A stretch of 64,000 nucleotides of DNA from Bdellovibrionales bacterium (GTDB lineage Bacteria; Bdellovibrionota; Bdellovibrionia; Bdellovibrionales; JAGQZY01), in NCBI GenBank assembly GCA_964230555.1, contig CAXRIX010000080.1, positions 6,044 through 70,043 of the forward strand. The letters are read 5' to 3'. Both the position numbers and the translations under genes were made by a program. Below are positions 29,854 through 39,276 of the stretch, piece by piece. Within the stretch, counting starts at the first letter, position 1; each line of letters opens with the position of its first letter. The notes under the pieces were generated by a model. That model saw nothing but the letters and a program-made list of their open reading frames with translations. It was not told the origin of the DNA and did no database searches.

Positions 29854-30941
29854 TGAAAAAAGTCATCAAAGCCCTGGGAATAATGAATGGTACAAGCCTC
29901 GACGCCATCGACTACTCACTCATCCAAGTCGATAAAGAATTTAAAAAGATTAAATTCATCAAACATTGGCAGAAGTCGCTACCAAAGACCTTAAAGTCGC
30001 AACTTCTTGCAGCAGCTCAAAATAAACTAACCACTTACGACCTTTCCAATTTGCACTTTGACCTGGGACGCCTCTATGGAAAGCATTTGAAGGTCTTAAA
30101 GAAAAGCGCCCGCTTTGATGTTATAGGATTACATGGCCAAACCGTATTTCATGAAGGTGCCGTCGCTACAGCACAAATCGGACATCCAGGGTTTGCCTTT
30201 GATGCCACCCAAAAACCTGTGTACTTTGATTTTAGATCCGCCGATGTCGTCAACGGCGGTCAAGGAGCCCCTTTTGCTCCGTTTTTTCAAAAAATTGTTT
30301 TACAACAGAATAAGTTAGGTTCTTGTGCTTTTCACAACCTCGGGGGTATTTCAAACCTGACTTACTTTAAAAGCAAAAACTCCCTCGCTTTTGATACGGG
30401 TCCTGCCAACATTCTTCTTGATGCATGGATGCAGAAGAACAACAAAGGGATGTTCGATAAGGGAGGACGCTTGAGTGCTAAAGGCATTCCTGACCCTCTT
30501 TTGGTCAACCAGTTTCTGAAGCATCCCTTCTTCCACAAAAAACCTCCAAAAAGTACGGGTCGAGAAGACTTCAACTTAGAAATGATTGAGCAATGGGGAG
30601 GCCTTGCCTTTAAGCGCTTAAGCTTTGAAGATCAAATGGCAACTCTCACCGAACTGTCGGCAAAATCCATTGCTATGTCCTATCAAGCCATGAAGTCTCT
30701 ACCAAAAAAAATCTATTTTTACGGGGGAGGCGTTCACAATCCCTATTTGATGGAGCGAATTGCTTTTGACCTACCGGAAGTTGAAATTTTATTAACCGAT
30801 GATTTGGGTTGGCCTAGCCAAGCATTTGAATCGAGTACTTTTGGCTTTTTGGCAGCCGCCCGTTATTTTGAAAAGAAAGTCCACCTTCCGCAACTGACTG
30901 GGGCCAGAAAGCCCCAGCATTTGGGTTGTCTCTACTGTTGA
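29853..30941 (+). CDS. anmK: anhydro-N-acetylmuramic acid kinase
   Basis: GIMNGTSLDAID, HGQTV, DFRSAD..GGQGAP, NLGGISN, FDTGPAN, KSTGRE, GGG. Confidence 0.93.
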   Translation: MKKVIKALGIMNGTSLDAIDYSLIQVDKEFKKIKFIKHWQKSLPKTLKSQLLAAAQNKLTTYDLSNLHFDLGRLYGKHLKVLKKSARFDVIGLHGQTVFHEGAVATAQIGHPGFAFDATQKPVYFDFRSADVVNGGQGAPFAPFFQKIVLQQNKLGSCAFHNLGGISNLTYFKSKNSLAFDTGPANILLDAWMQKNNKGMFDKGGRLSAKGIPDPLLVNQFLKHPFFHKKPPKSTGREDFNLEMIEQWGGLAFKRLSFEDQMATLTELSAKSIAMSYQAMKSLPKKIYFYGGGVHNPYLMERIAFDLPEVEILLTDDLGWPSQAFESSTFGFLAAARYFEKKVHLPQLTGARKPQHLGCLYC

Positions 30942-32170
30942 TGAAACATAGAGCTTGAGTTCTTTTTATAAGCCTTTTTAATAATGGCCCAGTTGGATTC
31001 AAAGGGACCATTGGCTCCACCTGCAGAAGCTGGGTTCCGCTTACCACTATTGGCATACTTGTTTAATTTTTTCTGCAAGGCCGCTTTGTTCACACCGGCG
31101 GCTCCACCTAATGGCGAAACAGGGTTGTAGCCGCGACCAGCACTGCGACCTCCGCCGCCGCCTCCGCCGCCACCACCGAAACCGCCGCCAGTTCCCATGT
31201 AGCCTTTTTGAATATCGGTATCGAGTTCTTCTTTTCCAGACCCTCCGCCACCAGCAGCCGCGTTGGTTCCACCAAGGCCATTACCACCGCCAAATCCAGC
31301 GGCACCGAACGGAGACCCTCCACCGGCCGAGTCATCATCACCGCCTTTGGACTCTCCTCCAGGCTCACCACCATTGGCTCCGTCAAAAAGATTTCCGAGG
31401 CCCGTGCTAGTTTTTCCACTAAGAGCTGCGGCACCACTCAGTCCCGCCCGGGTTCCCGATGGCCCCGATTGATCTTTACACTCAATAAGCAGATGGGCGT
31501 ACTCGCCTTCACACTTATCTTCTTCTTCGGTGTCATCAGCCGATGCTAGTGAGGCCGAACCATCTCCCTGTCCCAAACCAAGAGCCTGCATGATCTGTGC
31601 AACGGCGGCCAAAATTTCAGCAAGGTTCGCTTCCATAGCCGTAGCCTGGCTTTGTAAGGCCGCTTGTTCCTGATAACATCGGTTTCGAATATCTAAGGCG
31701 GTCTGAGCATTTTGTTGGTGGGTTGCTGCATTCATTTGATCTTGAACAGCGCGCTGACGATGTTGGTTGGCTTCTTCGGTACAGGTTTGGTTACAACGAT
31801 CATAAGCGGCTCGACAGTGACCTCTTACTCTTCGAAGTGAAGCTTGACTGAAGGTAGCATTGGTCTCAGCGTCACGAGCGGTTTGTCCTGCTCCTTGTTG
31901 CCCTGCCTGAAACATACCAGCCACGTTGGCTCGTTGTTGTGCCAGTTCTAATTCCGTATTTTGGCTGCAAAAGTACTGAATATTTTCTTGAGCTGAGTTG
32001 CAATCAGGTATGTGTTGTTCTGCTGTTTCAGCAGTGTAGGGATTGCCCGCACTAGCCGCACCCACTGGACTTGCTTCAGGAATAGGCGCTTCTGCCGGTG
32101 CATTAGCAGAAGCTGCCAACGGCAAAATCATTAGACTCGATAAGATAATTATCATTCTAAATACACTCAT
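30932..32170 (-). CDS. secreted Cys-patterned, Gly-rich protein (hypothetical)
   Basis: signal peptide, eight Cys, long Gly-rich C-terminal half, RNPAS near the C-terminus. Confidence 0.8.
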   Translation of the reverse strand: MSVFRMIIILSSLMILPLAASANAPAEAPIPEASPVGAASAGNPYTAETAEQHIPDCNSAQENIQYFCSQNTELELAQQRANVAGMFQAGQQGAGQTARDAETNATFSQASLRRVRGHCRAAYDRCNQTCTEEANQHRQRAVQDQMNAATHQQNAQTALDIRNRCYQEQAALQSQATAMEANLAEILAAVAQIMQALGLGQGDGSASLASADDTEEEDKCEGEYAHLLIECKDQSGPSGTRAGLSGAAALSGKTSTGLGNLFDGANGGEPGGESKGGDDDSAGGGSPFGAAGFGGGNGLGGTNAAAGGGGSGKEELDTDIQKGYMGTGGGFGGGGGGGGGGRSAGRGYNPVSPLGGAAGVNKAALQKKLNKYANSGKRNPASAGGANGPFESNWAIIKKAYKKNSSSMFHQQ

Positions 32171-32171
32171 A

Positions 32172-33179
32172 TCATTGACCCTTGCTCACGATTTCTCTGT
32201 TAAAAAATCTTTTCTTCTTTTTCTCTGACCCATATTTTTGGTGGACAATTAAAAATAAGTTGCCCATTCCAATACCAATTGGATCTCCGTTAAAATTCTT
32301 CGAAAGTTTTGAGGCAGCAGCTTCAGCAATGCCTCGCTTTTGCTTTTTACCACCACGGTATTCGATTTCTTCAATCACTCCACCATCAAGAGCACCGACA
32401 GCTCCTCCAGAGCCCGAACCACCACTACCAAAGCTTCCACCACCGGCGCCAGCAGCGGCCATGGCTTGACCTTCTTCACCGGCCGCTCCTTCGGGGAGAT
32501 CGATACCTGCCTTTTTTGCGGCAGCTGTTCGCACTTTACCCGCCTGATCCATAAAGTTCGCCGCCTGTTCGGCGGTTGCACCTTTAGCCATCATCGCTTC
32601 CGGAGACTGAAGATCATCGGCTGTAAAAGTTTGTCCATCCGGACCCGTTACAGAACCATCACCATTCACGATAAAGCCGGCTTCCGATAAATCTTGAATT
32701 CCATCTTGAATTTGTTGATCGATAATTGGATCCGTTCCCCCGCTATCACCGTCATAACCGGCCGTCGGATCGATGTAAGTTCCGGTTTGATAAGCGGCGT
32801 TTTTTGCTGAGCCTCCGGCCATCGCATCAGCGAACGATAAACCCGCAGCCACACAAGCAAAAGCATTATGAGGTCCACACTGAGAAGCAAACATGGCTCC
32901 CATGGCTAGTCCCATCAATTGTACCTGGCTTCCTTGGCCTTGAGCATCGGTGGTTCCGTCGAGTCCCCCTTGCTGGGTCACTCCAAAAGCACCTGTATCA
33001 CCAAGTTCGGCACCGGTATCTTCCGGTTCTTGGTACTCGGATTGAGAGCCCGAAGACAAACCACCTCGCGAATCGCCAGGGTTTTCCTCAACAACTCTAG
33101 AGTCATCAACGAGAAACTCTTCGCTTTGCGCGAAAACCATCGCCGGACAAAATAACAGTACGGATAAGAATAGTTTCAC
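32172..33179 (-). CDS. secreted Gly/acidic-rich protein (hypothetical)
   Basis: signal peptide, hydrophobic Cys-pair hairpin (GLAMGAMFASQC..FACVAAGL), Gly-rich tail; GGGGG SD. Confidence 0.8.
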   Translation of the reverse strand: MKLFLSVLLFCPAMVFAQSEEFLVDDSRVVEENPGDSRGGLSSGSQSEYQEPEDTGAELGDTGAFGVTQQGGLDGTTDAQGQGSQVQLMGLAMGAMFASQCGPHNAFACVAAGLSFADAMAGGSAKNAAYQTGTYIDPTAGYDGDSGGTDPIIDQQIQDGIQDLSEAGFIVNGDGSVTGPDGQTFTADDLQSPEAMMAKGATAEQAANFMDQAGKVRTAAAKKAGIDLPEGAAGEEGQAMAAAGAGGGSFGSGGSGSGGAVGALDGGVIEEIEYRGGKKQKRGIAEAAASKLSKNFNGDPIGIGMGNLFLIVHQKYGSEKKKKRFFNREIVSKGQ

Positions 33180-33201
33180 TGATCCCCCCTATTCTTAGAA
33201 C

Positions 33202-33229
33202 TTATCGGGCCACAATCCCCTGAACTAAA
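33202..33229 (-). promoter_or_regulatory. putative sigma28 (FliA)-type promoter
   Basis: minus strand TTAG-N15-CCCGATAA upstream of the SD of gene 33179. Confidence 0.5.
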
Positions 33230-33315
33230 GCCCATTACCTAGTTCTATTGAGTGTTTAGCCTTATCTATATTATAGGGGTAGGAGGAAGAATCTCATAAC
33301 AATGCCCCTTTCGAC

Positions 33316-33332
33316 TGTCTCAACTTGAGACA
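33316..33332. promoter_or_regulatory. palindromic motif TGTCTCA-N3-TGAGACA, perfect copy
   Basis: tgtctcaacttgagaca, intergenic. Confidence 0.6.
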
Positions 33333-33357
33333 TTCTTAGACATTTTTTTCTGAAAAC

Positions 33358-34587
33358 TTAGTGGTCCACCGTTGGCAATTCTTTATGACTTTTTGCTCCC
33401 AGTTTTTCCATCTTTTTGGCCTGAACAATGACTCTCGAATTGAGACGAGTCAGTCCCACTTCGTAACTGGATTGAGCCTTCTTCAGACTCTGACCGATAT
33501 CAAAATAAGCCTCCATAAAGTCACCAATTCTTTTATGAAGTTCTTTACCGATGTTCGAAATCTCCTCGGCGTTTTTATTGAGTCGCTCTTCGTTCCATCC
33601 ATAGCGAATAACTTTTAAAAGGCCAACAAAGGTGGGTGGCGTTGCAATTAAGATTTGTTTGTCCAAGGCAAACTCAACTAAGTCCGGCTGAGTTTCAAGT
33701 GCGGCATACAAAAACGATTCGTTAGGTAAAAACATCACAGTGAAATCGGCACTCTCTTTAAGATGGTCGCCGTAAGCTTTGCGACTCAGCTTGATGACGT
33801 GGTCTTTAACTTGCTTTCCGTGGCGGGCCATTTCGAGTTTCTTCTCACTCTCTGTTCCCGCTTCCAATGACGTTAAAAACGCGTCGATCGGTGTTTTTGC
33901 ATCGACAATAACGACTCGTCCACCTGGCATTTTGACGGTCATATCGGGTATAAGCTTTTTGCCATCGTTTTGATTAACATCTTGAAACGACACGTCGGCA
34001 TACTCTGACATCCCGGCAAGCTCGATACAGTTTTTAAGCTGCACCTCGCCCCAACGACCACGCACGTGGGGCTTTTTTAAAGCGTTTTTCAACGCTCGCG
34101 TTTCTTTGGACAAGGTGGCACTTGTTTCGACAACTTTCTTAATTTCGCTTTCGACCAAAGCGTAAGAACGTTGACGTTCTTTTTCCATACTTGTGACTTC
34201 TTGATAAAACTGCTGCAAAGACTCTTTCAAGGGCCCAACTATACTGTTGATCTCCGATTTCTTTTTATCCAAAGAATTTTCGGCCTGTTGATGTTGTTTG
34301 CTTAAAGCCAGTTCGGCAAGTTTTAGAAACTCTTGGTTGGAGCCTTGTAATGCTTGTTGTGCGGCTGCCTCAAAGGTGGATTTCATTTCCGTTTTGAAAT
34401 ACTGAATTTTCTCTTCTTGCTGAGCCAGTTCTTGATCCTTTTTAAGAACTCTTTCTCGCAATTGAATAAGTTCTTGATACTGTTTTAACCAACGCCATAG
34501 CGAGTAAGCTAAAACGAAAACAGCAACCCCTGTTATAACTGATAAATAAATAAGCAAATTAGGCTCCCCAATAGACTTTTTTTTCAA
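33358..34587 (-). CDS. rmuC: DNA recombination protein RmuC
   Basis: N-terminal TM and coiled coil; RGRWGEVQL, PD..V..P, VDAKTP, DFTVMFLPNE, ATPPT. Confidence 0.93.
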   Translation of the reverse strand: MKKKSIGEPNLLIYLSVITGVAVFVLAYSLWRWLKQYQELIQLRERVLKKDQELAQQEEKIQYFKTEMKSTFEAAAQQALQGSNQEFLKLAELALSKQHQQAENSLDKKKSEINSIVGPLKESLQQFYQEVTSMEKERQRSYALVESEIKKVVETSATLSKETRALKNALKKPHVRGRWGEVQLKNCIELAGMSEYADVSFQDVNQNDGKKLIPDMTVKMPGGRVVIVDAKTPIDAFLTSLEAGTESEKKLEMARHGKQVKDHVIKLSRKAYGDHLKESADFTVMFLPNESFLYAALETQPDLVEFALDKQILIATPPTFVGLLKVIRYGWNEERLNKNAEEISNIGKELHKRIGDFMEAYFDIGQSLKKAQSSYEVGLTRLNSRVIVQAKKMEKLGAKSHKELPTVDH

Positions 34588-34892
34588 AGTTACTTTGCCA
34601 TTTTTTATAAAATATTTTCATCGATTTTTCGAATACAGCTCTGCGCCACGGTCTGGGTTTTATGTAATCTTTACATGGCTGTTTAACTTATTGTTATAGT
34701 TAACAAAATTCAAACAGTTTGGCCCCGACATCAGTCTTACAGCACAAGTCTTCTTTTCAAATAAAATGCTATAATCTCTATAAGAATTAATAGCTTTACA
34801 TTTAGTGAGATAAAAATGAAAACAAGACAAGTGCTGGTTCCAAATTGGCACTAAAAGAAATTGGGGTGAACCATAATTCTGGGGGGGATTAA

Positions 34893-35567
34893 ATGGGGAT
34901 CAAGCAAACAGACATCATGTCATTTATCGAGCCGGAATCGTCGGGGTTTTATTACGATACGGCTCGATCTTTTTTAAAACGCCATTCAAATCCTGAATCG
35001 CTCATGTTGCAGCTGAAGACGATGCTCTCACAGGGCCATCTCAACGGCTGTCGAGATTTGATTCAGCTTATTATTAGAGAAAGTCACGTTCTTGCCGAGC
35101 AAAGTGAGCTTTATCTACTGCGAGCTGAAGTTTCATATCTTGAAGGAGATCCTATGGGCGACGTTATGGCCTGGGTTCAGCAAGCAAAGCTTTCAGAACA
35201 ACTTTCGCCGAAGGTGATTTCTTGGGACGAATTGGTTTATGGACAGGTCGCTTTTGCTGAGGGTGACTACGTGAATGGCCAACTGATTCTTGAAAAACTT
35301 ATGGAAAATCCAGATGTCGGACATTTCGCCAAATTTGAATTGGGCTACCACCTTTTCTGGAAAAACCTGGATGCCGAACGCGCGTTGCACCTTCTGGAAG
35401 AGGTCACTCTTGATTATCCAGAGTTCATCAAAGCTTGGTCGTGCCTTGGGTTTGCCTACAATAAATTTGGTATGAAAACCAAAGCTCAAGAGGCTTTCTC
35501 GCAATGTATCGAGTTGGACTCTGATCCTGAGCGGCTGAAGCTGTACAGACAGCAGTTGGCGTCCTAA
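34893..35567 (+). CDS. tetratricopeptide-repeat protein
   Basis: C-terminal TPR (AWSCLGFAYNKFG..KAQEAFSQCIELD); GGGGGG SD. Confidence 0.8.
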   Translation: MGIKQTDIMSFIEPESSGFYYDTARSFLKRHSNPESLMLQLKTMLSQGHLNGCRDLIQLIIRESHVLAEQSELYLLRAEVSYLEGDPMGDVMAWVQQAKLSEQLSPKVISWDELVYGQVAFAEGDYVNGQLILEKLMENPDVGHFAKFELGYHLFWKNLDAERALHLLEEVTLDYPEFIKAWSCLGFAYNKFGMKTKAQEAFSQCIELDSDPERLKLYRQQLAS

Positions 35568-35626
35568 TTTTTTATCGTGGGGAAGGTGTTCCCCTCAAAA
35601 AAATCATTCCGCTAAATCTTGCAGAC

Positions 35627-35654
35627 AAAAAACCTCACTCTTTAAGGAGTGAGG
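35627..35654 (-). terminator. rho-independent terminator
   Basis: minus strand CCTCACTC-CTTAAA-GAGTGAGG-TTTTTT downstream of the dioxygenase gene. Confidence 0.75.
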
Positions 35655-35706
35655 CTTAAATCGAACCCGGTGAAGGCTCAACCCAGAGGGTTGGCCCCTG
35701 TCGGTT

Positions 35707-36492
35707 TTATTGTCCCAAAGTAATATCGAATTTTCCTTCAAGCTCAGTCTGTCCTTTGAAGGGCAAGAAATCGACAATGAGTTTTTCCCTTTGCGCTTTT
35801 GACAGATTATTTCCTTGTAACAAAAAGTCTTTTTCATTCAACTCCTGCACAAAGTCGTTATCTCGAATTTCATCACCTCGAAAATACATTTGAGTGACGA
35901 ACTGTTCAAAGCCGGTGGCAGAAACCATAAAATGAATATGCGGTGGACGATACCATCCGCCTTGTAGGTCGGCGGGATAAAACCCAGGAACGATGGTTTT
36001 AAACTCATACTCGCCATTGGCATCGGTCTCTGTTTGTCCCCACGACTGAAAAAACGGATCGATTTTTCTTTTTATGATTTTCCCATCCCTTGGATCTTTA
36101 AAGTCAGGATTGGCGGCGTCGCCCTTATGATTGTATCGCCCCGTCTCGGAGGCCTGCCAAATAATAACAGTGGCTCCAGGCAAAGGGCGACATTGATTAT
36201 CTTGTATTCGACCTCGGACAATCACTTGTTGTCCAGAGGCTTCGCCCTCTCGGCCTTTTACAAAAGTTAAATCGTTGTCATTGGACAGATAGATGGGAAC
36301 CGAGCCATCGGGATTTTCTTTAATCGGATCCACTGGGCTGCCTGGGCGAGGAAAAAACGGCCCCAATGCCTGCTCCCCAGTTTTGATGCCACACACTTGA
36401 GCGACGGATGAGGTGGCCGCTAGTGTTCCAGCCGTTCCCAAGCCCCACTGAAAGAATCGACGCCTTGTTAGTTTATTGTCGTTGGTTTTCAT
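35707..36492 (-). CDS. Tat-exported intradiol ring-cleavage dioxygenase (protocatechuate 3,4-dioxygenase beta-like)
   Basis: TRRRFF twin-arginine signal; GPF, WQA..GRY, TD..G.Y.F.TI.PG.Y and RPPHIHF supply the Tyr/Tyr/His/His iron ligands. Confidence 0.88.
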   Translation of the reverse strand: MKTNDNKLTRRRFFQWGLGTAGTLAATSSVAQVCGIKTGEQALGPFFPRPGSPVDPIKENPDGSVPIYLSNDNDLTFVKGREGEASGQQVIVRGRIQDNQCRPLPGATVIIWQASETGRYNHKGDAANPDFKDPRDGKIIKRKIDPFFQSWGQTETDANGEYEFKTIVPGFYPADLQGGWYRPPHIHFMVSATGFEQFVTQMYFRGDEIRDNDFVQELNEKDFLLQGNNLSKAQREKLIVDFLPFKGQTELEGKFDITLGQ

Positions 36493-36577
36493 TATTTCCC
36501 CCTTGGTTTTGATATTTATTCAATACCGGGAACCCTCCATTGACGAAACCAAATAAGAACTATACTAACCATAGGCT

Positions 36578-37462
36578 ATGGCTATATTACCTTCCTTTAA
36601 CGATATTAACTATTTCATGGAAGTCGCTGAGACAAAAAACATCTCCCGAGCTGCGGAACGCTTGGGGATCACCCAGCCAAGCCTAAGCTCAGCCATCAAA
36701 AGACTGGAAGACTCTCTGAGTACCAATCTTTTAATACGTTCTCGGTCTGGCGTGCAGTTAACAAAAGCCGGAACGGAACTGAGAAATAAAGGCCGTTTGC
36801 TTCTTCTGAATTGGGAGCAATTAAAATCCGACATCAATCGCCGCGAAACTGCCGTGACTGGAGAATACGTGATCGGCTGCCACCCGTCGGTGGCCCTTTA
36901 TTCTTTACCTCATTTTCTGCCGGACCTAATGAGCCAGTATCCCGAGCTCAACATCAAGCTTGAACATGATCTGTCTCGTAAAATTACAGAATCGATTATT
37001 AGCTACCAAATTGATTTCGGAATCGTGGTCAACCCGGTCAAACACCCGGATTTGATTATCAAAGAACTTTGCACAGATATTGTTACTTTTTGGACAGCCA
37101 ATAAACCTTCAGAAAATCAAAAAGCTGGCGACAATGCGGTTTTGATTTGTGACCTTAATTTGCAGCAGGCACAAAAAGTACTCAGTGATTTTCAAAAACA
37201 AAGCATTCACTTCAATCGTCTGATTCATTCCACCAACCTTGAAGTCATTACCGAACTGGTCGCCAAAGGCACCGGCGTGGGTATTTTACCGACTCGGGTT
37301 GCGACTCGCGAAAAAAGCCAATCTTTGCGAGAGTTCTCCACGAAGGCTCCATCCTTTAAAGACCGAATCTGCTTGGTATACCGCGCCGATCTTCCAAAAT
37401 CGAAAAGCCGCTCGGTTATTACCGAGAGCATTCGAGCCGCCTTTACCAATCCGAAAAGGTAG
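36578..37462 (+). CDS. LysR-family transcriptional regulator
   Basis: NISRAAERLGITQPSLSSAIKRLE..R..LTKAG HTH; divergent from the dioxygenase. Confidence 0.95.
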   Translation: MAILPSFNDINYFMEVAETKNISRAAERLGITQPSLSSAIKRLEDSLSTNLLIRSRSGVQLTKAGTELRNKGRLLLLNWEQLKSDINRRETAVTGEYVIGCHPSVALYSLPHFLPDLMSQYPELNIKLEHDLSRKITESIISYQIDFGIVVNPVKHPDLIIKELCTDIVTFWTANKPSENQKAGDNAVLICDLNLQQAQKVLSDFQKQSIHFNRLIHSTNLEVITELVAKGTGVGILPTRVATREKSQSLREFSTKAPSFKDRICLVYRADLPKSKSRSVITESIRAAFTNPKR

Positions 37463-37509
37463 CTGGTCCGGTCGAGACAAAAAGTAGAATTTGAGTGGGA
37501 AATAAAAAA

Positions 37510-37584
37510 TGGCTCAGGAGGAGGGATTCGAACCCCCGACCAAGCGGTTAACAGCCGCTTGCTCTACCACTGAGCTACTCCTGA
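37510..37584 (-). tRNA. tRNA-Asn (GTT)
   Basis: TCAGGAGTAGCTCAGTGGTAGAGC..GCGG CT GTT AA CCGC..GGTTCGAATCC..CTCCTGAGCCA. Confidence 0.97.
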
Positions 37585-37607
37585 ACAACGGAACTGAATC
37601 TACTTGT

Positions 37608-38111
37608 TTACTTTATTTCTCCGCCAAATGCGAGAAGTTCTTTTAATCCTTTACGCAAAGTTTCTGATTTGAAACGGCGACTGCGAATACCAAAACCCGC
37701 TTCCTCATTGGGTAGGGTTGAAATCGTCAGGCGTTGAGAGTCTATAAATTCAACCTCAAGGGTCGGCTTGGCGGCAACATAGTCTTGAGTATCGACATCA
37801 GAAAGAGGTTCAAAGGGAATTTGGCAGTAGCGAGCAAACCACTTTTCCACTCTCAAATAATCCAGTTCTTTTTCTTCGCCGTCTTGGACGAGAATCCATT
37901 TTCTGTCTTTTTCCAATAATTTAGAGCCATTATCGAAAAAATACACCGACTTCACTCGTTCCGAACACCAATTGAGACGCTGACCAGATTTAAAACCCAA
38001 ACTGGTCCAAAAAGAATCCATATGCCCTTGGTTGAGCCAAAAAATTGCACAGATGGTGAAGGTAAGAGCGGTAAGAAGGGCCGCAAGTTTGACAGCGACT
38101 TTCATAGACAT
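37608..38111 (-). CDS. hypothetical membrane-anchored protein between tRNA genes
   Basis: 167-aa ORF with an N-terminal TM helix. Confidence 0.75.
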   Translation of the reverse strand: MSMKVAVKLAALLTALTFTICAIFWLNQGHMDSFWTSLGFKSGQRLNWCSERVKSVYFFDNGSKLLEKDRKWILVQDGEEKELDYLRVEKWFARYCQIPFEPLSDVDTQDYVAAKPTLEVEFIDSQRLTISTLPNEEAGFGIRSRRFKSETLRKGLKELLAFGGEIK

Positions 38112-38154
38112 AAAGAACCCACTTTTAAAGGCACCCCATGAATGCCCTTAAAAA

Positions 38155-38231
38155 TGGCGCGCTGGGGAAGATTCGAACTCCCGACCACTTGATTCGTAGT
38201 CAAGTACTCTATCCAGCTGAGCTACCAGCGC
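38155..38231 (-). tRNA. tRNA-Arg (ACG)
   Basis: GCGCTGGTAGCTCAGCTGGATAGAG..CTTGA CT ACG AA TCAAG..GTTCGAATC..CAGCGCGCCA. Confidence 0.97.
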
Positions 38232-38323
38232 ACGAAGGGAGGTTTTAAGGCATTTTCGCACTTAAAACAAGCCCTTGTCTTTGATTCGCTGGGGGTTTAG
38301 AAAGTTTCTAAAAGGAGCCGATA

Positions 38324-38911
38324 ATGAACAACGCCATGGTCTGGAAGAATTGCCTATCTGAAGCGCAAGAGGTTCTTGCTTTGTTTATCTCCGAGCCCGG
38401 AAATCTTGAAAAATGCGAGAAATTCAGCCAACTTCTCATTGATTGCTACCAAAATGGCAACACCGTGTTCAGTTGTGGAAATGGTGGTTCGCATTGTGAT
38501 GCAATGCATTTTGCTGAAGAAATGACCGGTCGTTACCGCGATGATCGAGCGCCTCTAGGAGCTTTAGCCCTGGGTGATGCCGCTCACACCACCTGTGTTA
38601 GCAATGATTATGGTTTCGAATACATTTTTTCCCGCCAACTGGAAGGGCTGGGACGAAGAGGCGACCTTCTTATCGGGCTCTCCACCAGTGGAAACTCGAA
38701 AAATGTCATCAATGCCTTTGAAACAGCAAAATCCAAGGGCATCCAAACCATCGCACTGCTAGGAAAAGATGGTGGAAAACTGAAAGACTTGGCTGATCTT
38801 CCGATTGTGGTTCCCGCCCAAACCAGCGATCGAATTCAGGAGATTCATATCAAGCTTATACACACCGTGATTGAGACTGTGGAGCGCGAGCTTTTTCCAG
38901 AGAATTACTAA
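38324..38911 (+). CDS. gmhA: phosphoheptose isomerase (sedoheptulose-7-phosphate isomerase)
   Basis: CGNGGSHCDAMHFAEE, SNDYGF..IFSRQ, STSGNS, DRIQEIH. Confidence 0.95.
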   Translation: MNNAMVWKNCLSEAQEVLALFISEPGNLEKCEKFSQLLIDCYQNGNTVFSCGNGGSHCDAMHFAEEMTGRYRDDRAPLGALALGDAAHTTCVSNDYGFEYIFSRQLEGLGRRGDLLIGLSTSGNSKNVINAFETAKSKGIQTIALLGKDGGKLKDLADLPIVVPAQTSDRIQEIHIKLIHTVIETVERELFPENY

Positions 38912-39016
38912 TCCAGACTTGATTCTGGCGTTGGGAAGTGGCAATTTCTTTTGCTCAGCTTATCTGTATGCCGGCTACCGTGAACGGTCTCCTGTATACG
39001 GAATCGAAAAAAACTC

Positions 39017-39109
39017 GGAGGAGTGGGTGAGTGGCTGAAACCAGTTGTTTGCTAAACAACCGTGCGGGGTCAACCCGTACCGGGGGTTCGAATCCCCCCT
39101 CCTCCGCCA
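39017..39109 (+). tRNA. tRNA-Ser (GCT)
   Basis: GGAGGAG acceptor, GTTGT TT GCT AA ACAAC anticodon arm, long variable arm, GTTCGAATCC, CCA end. Confidence 0.95.
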
Positions 39110-39217
39110 TTTCAATCCTCGTTTTCGAAAACAAAATTCTCATCTTTTGAAACACTCTGCCCATAAGCCTCAGCTCTAGACTGATTTATTAAACTGGTGC
39201 GGCCTTCAGGCTGAACG

Positions 39218-39243
39218 ACCATCTAAACATGCCTGTGAGAAAT
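39218..39243 (+). repeat. 26-bp direct repeat, copy 1 (gene remnant encoding FSQACLDG on the minus strand)
   Basis: accatctaaacatgcctgtgagaaat; 25/26 identical to 41234-41259. Confidence 0.8.
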
Positions 39244-39276
39244 TATAAGAGATTATTTCAAAAAAACTATTGGGGC

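Noticed and set aside
31100-31400. GCC/CCA-rich repeats as a tandem repeat or CRISPR-like array
   Set aside because: Explained by Gly codons of the Gly-rich protein; no repeat-spacer structure and no cas genes anywhere in the window.
34846-34865. TTGGCAC as a sigma54 -24 element upstream of the TPR gene
   Set aside because: No GC at the -12 position with the required 10-nt spacing.
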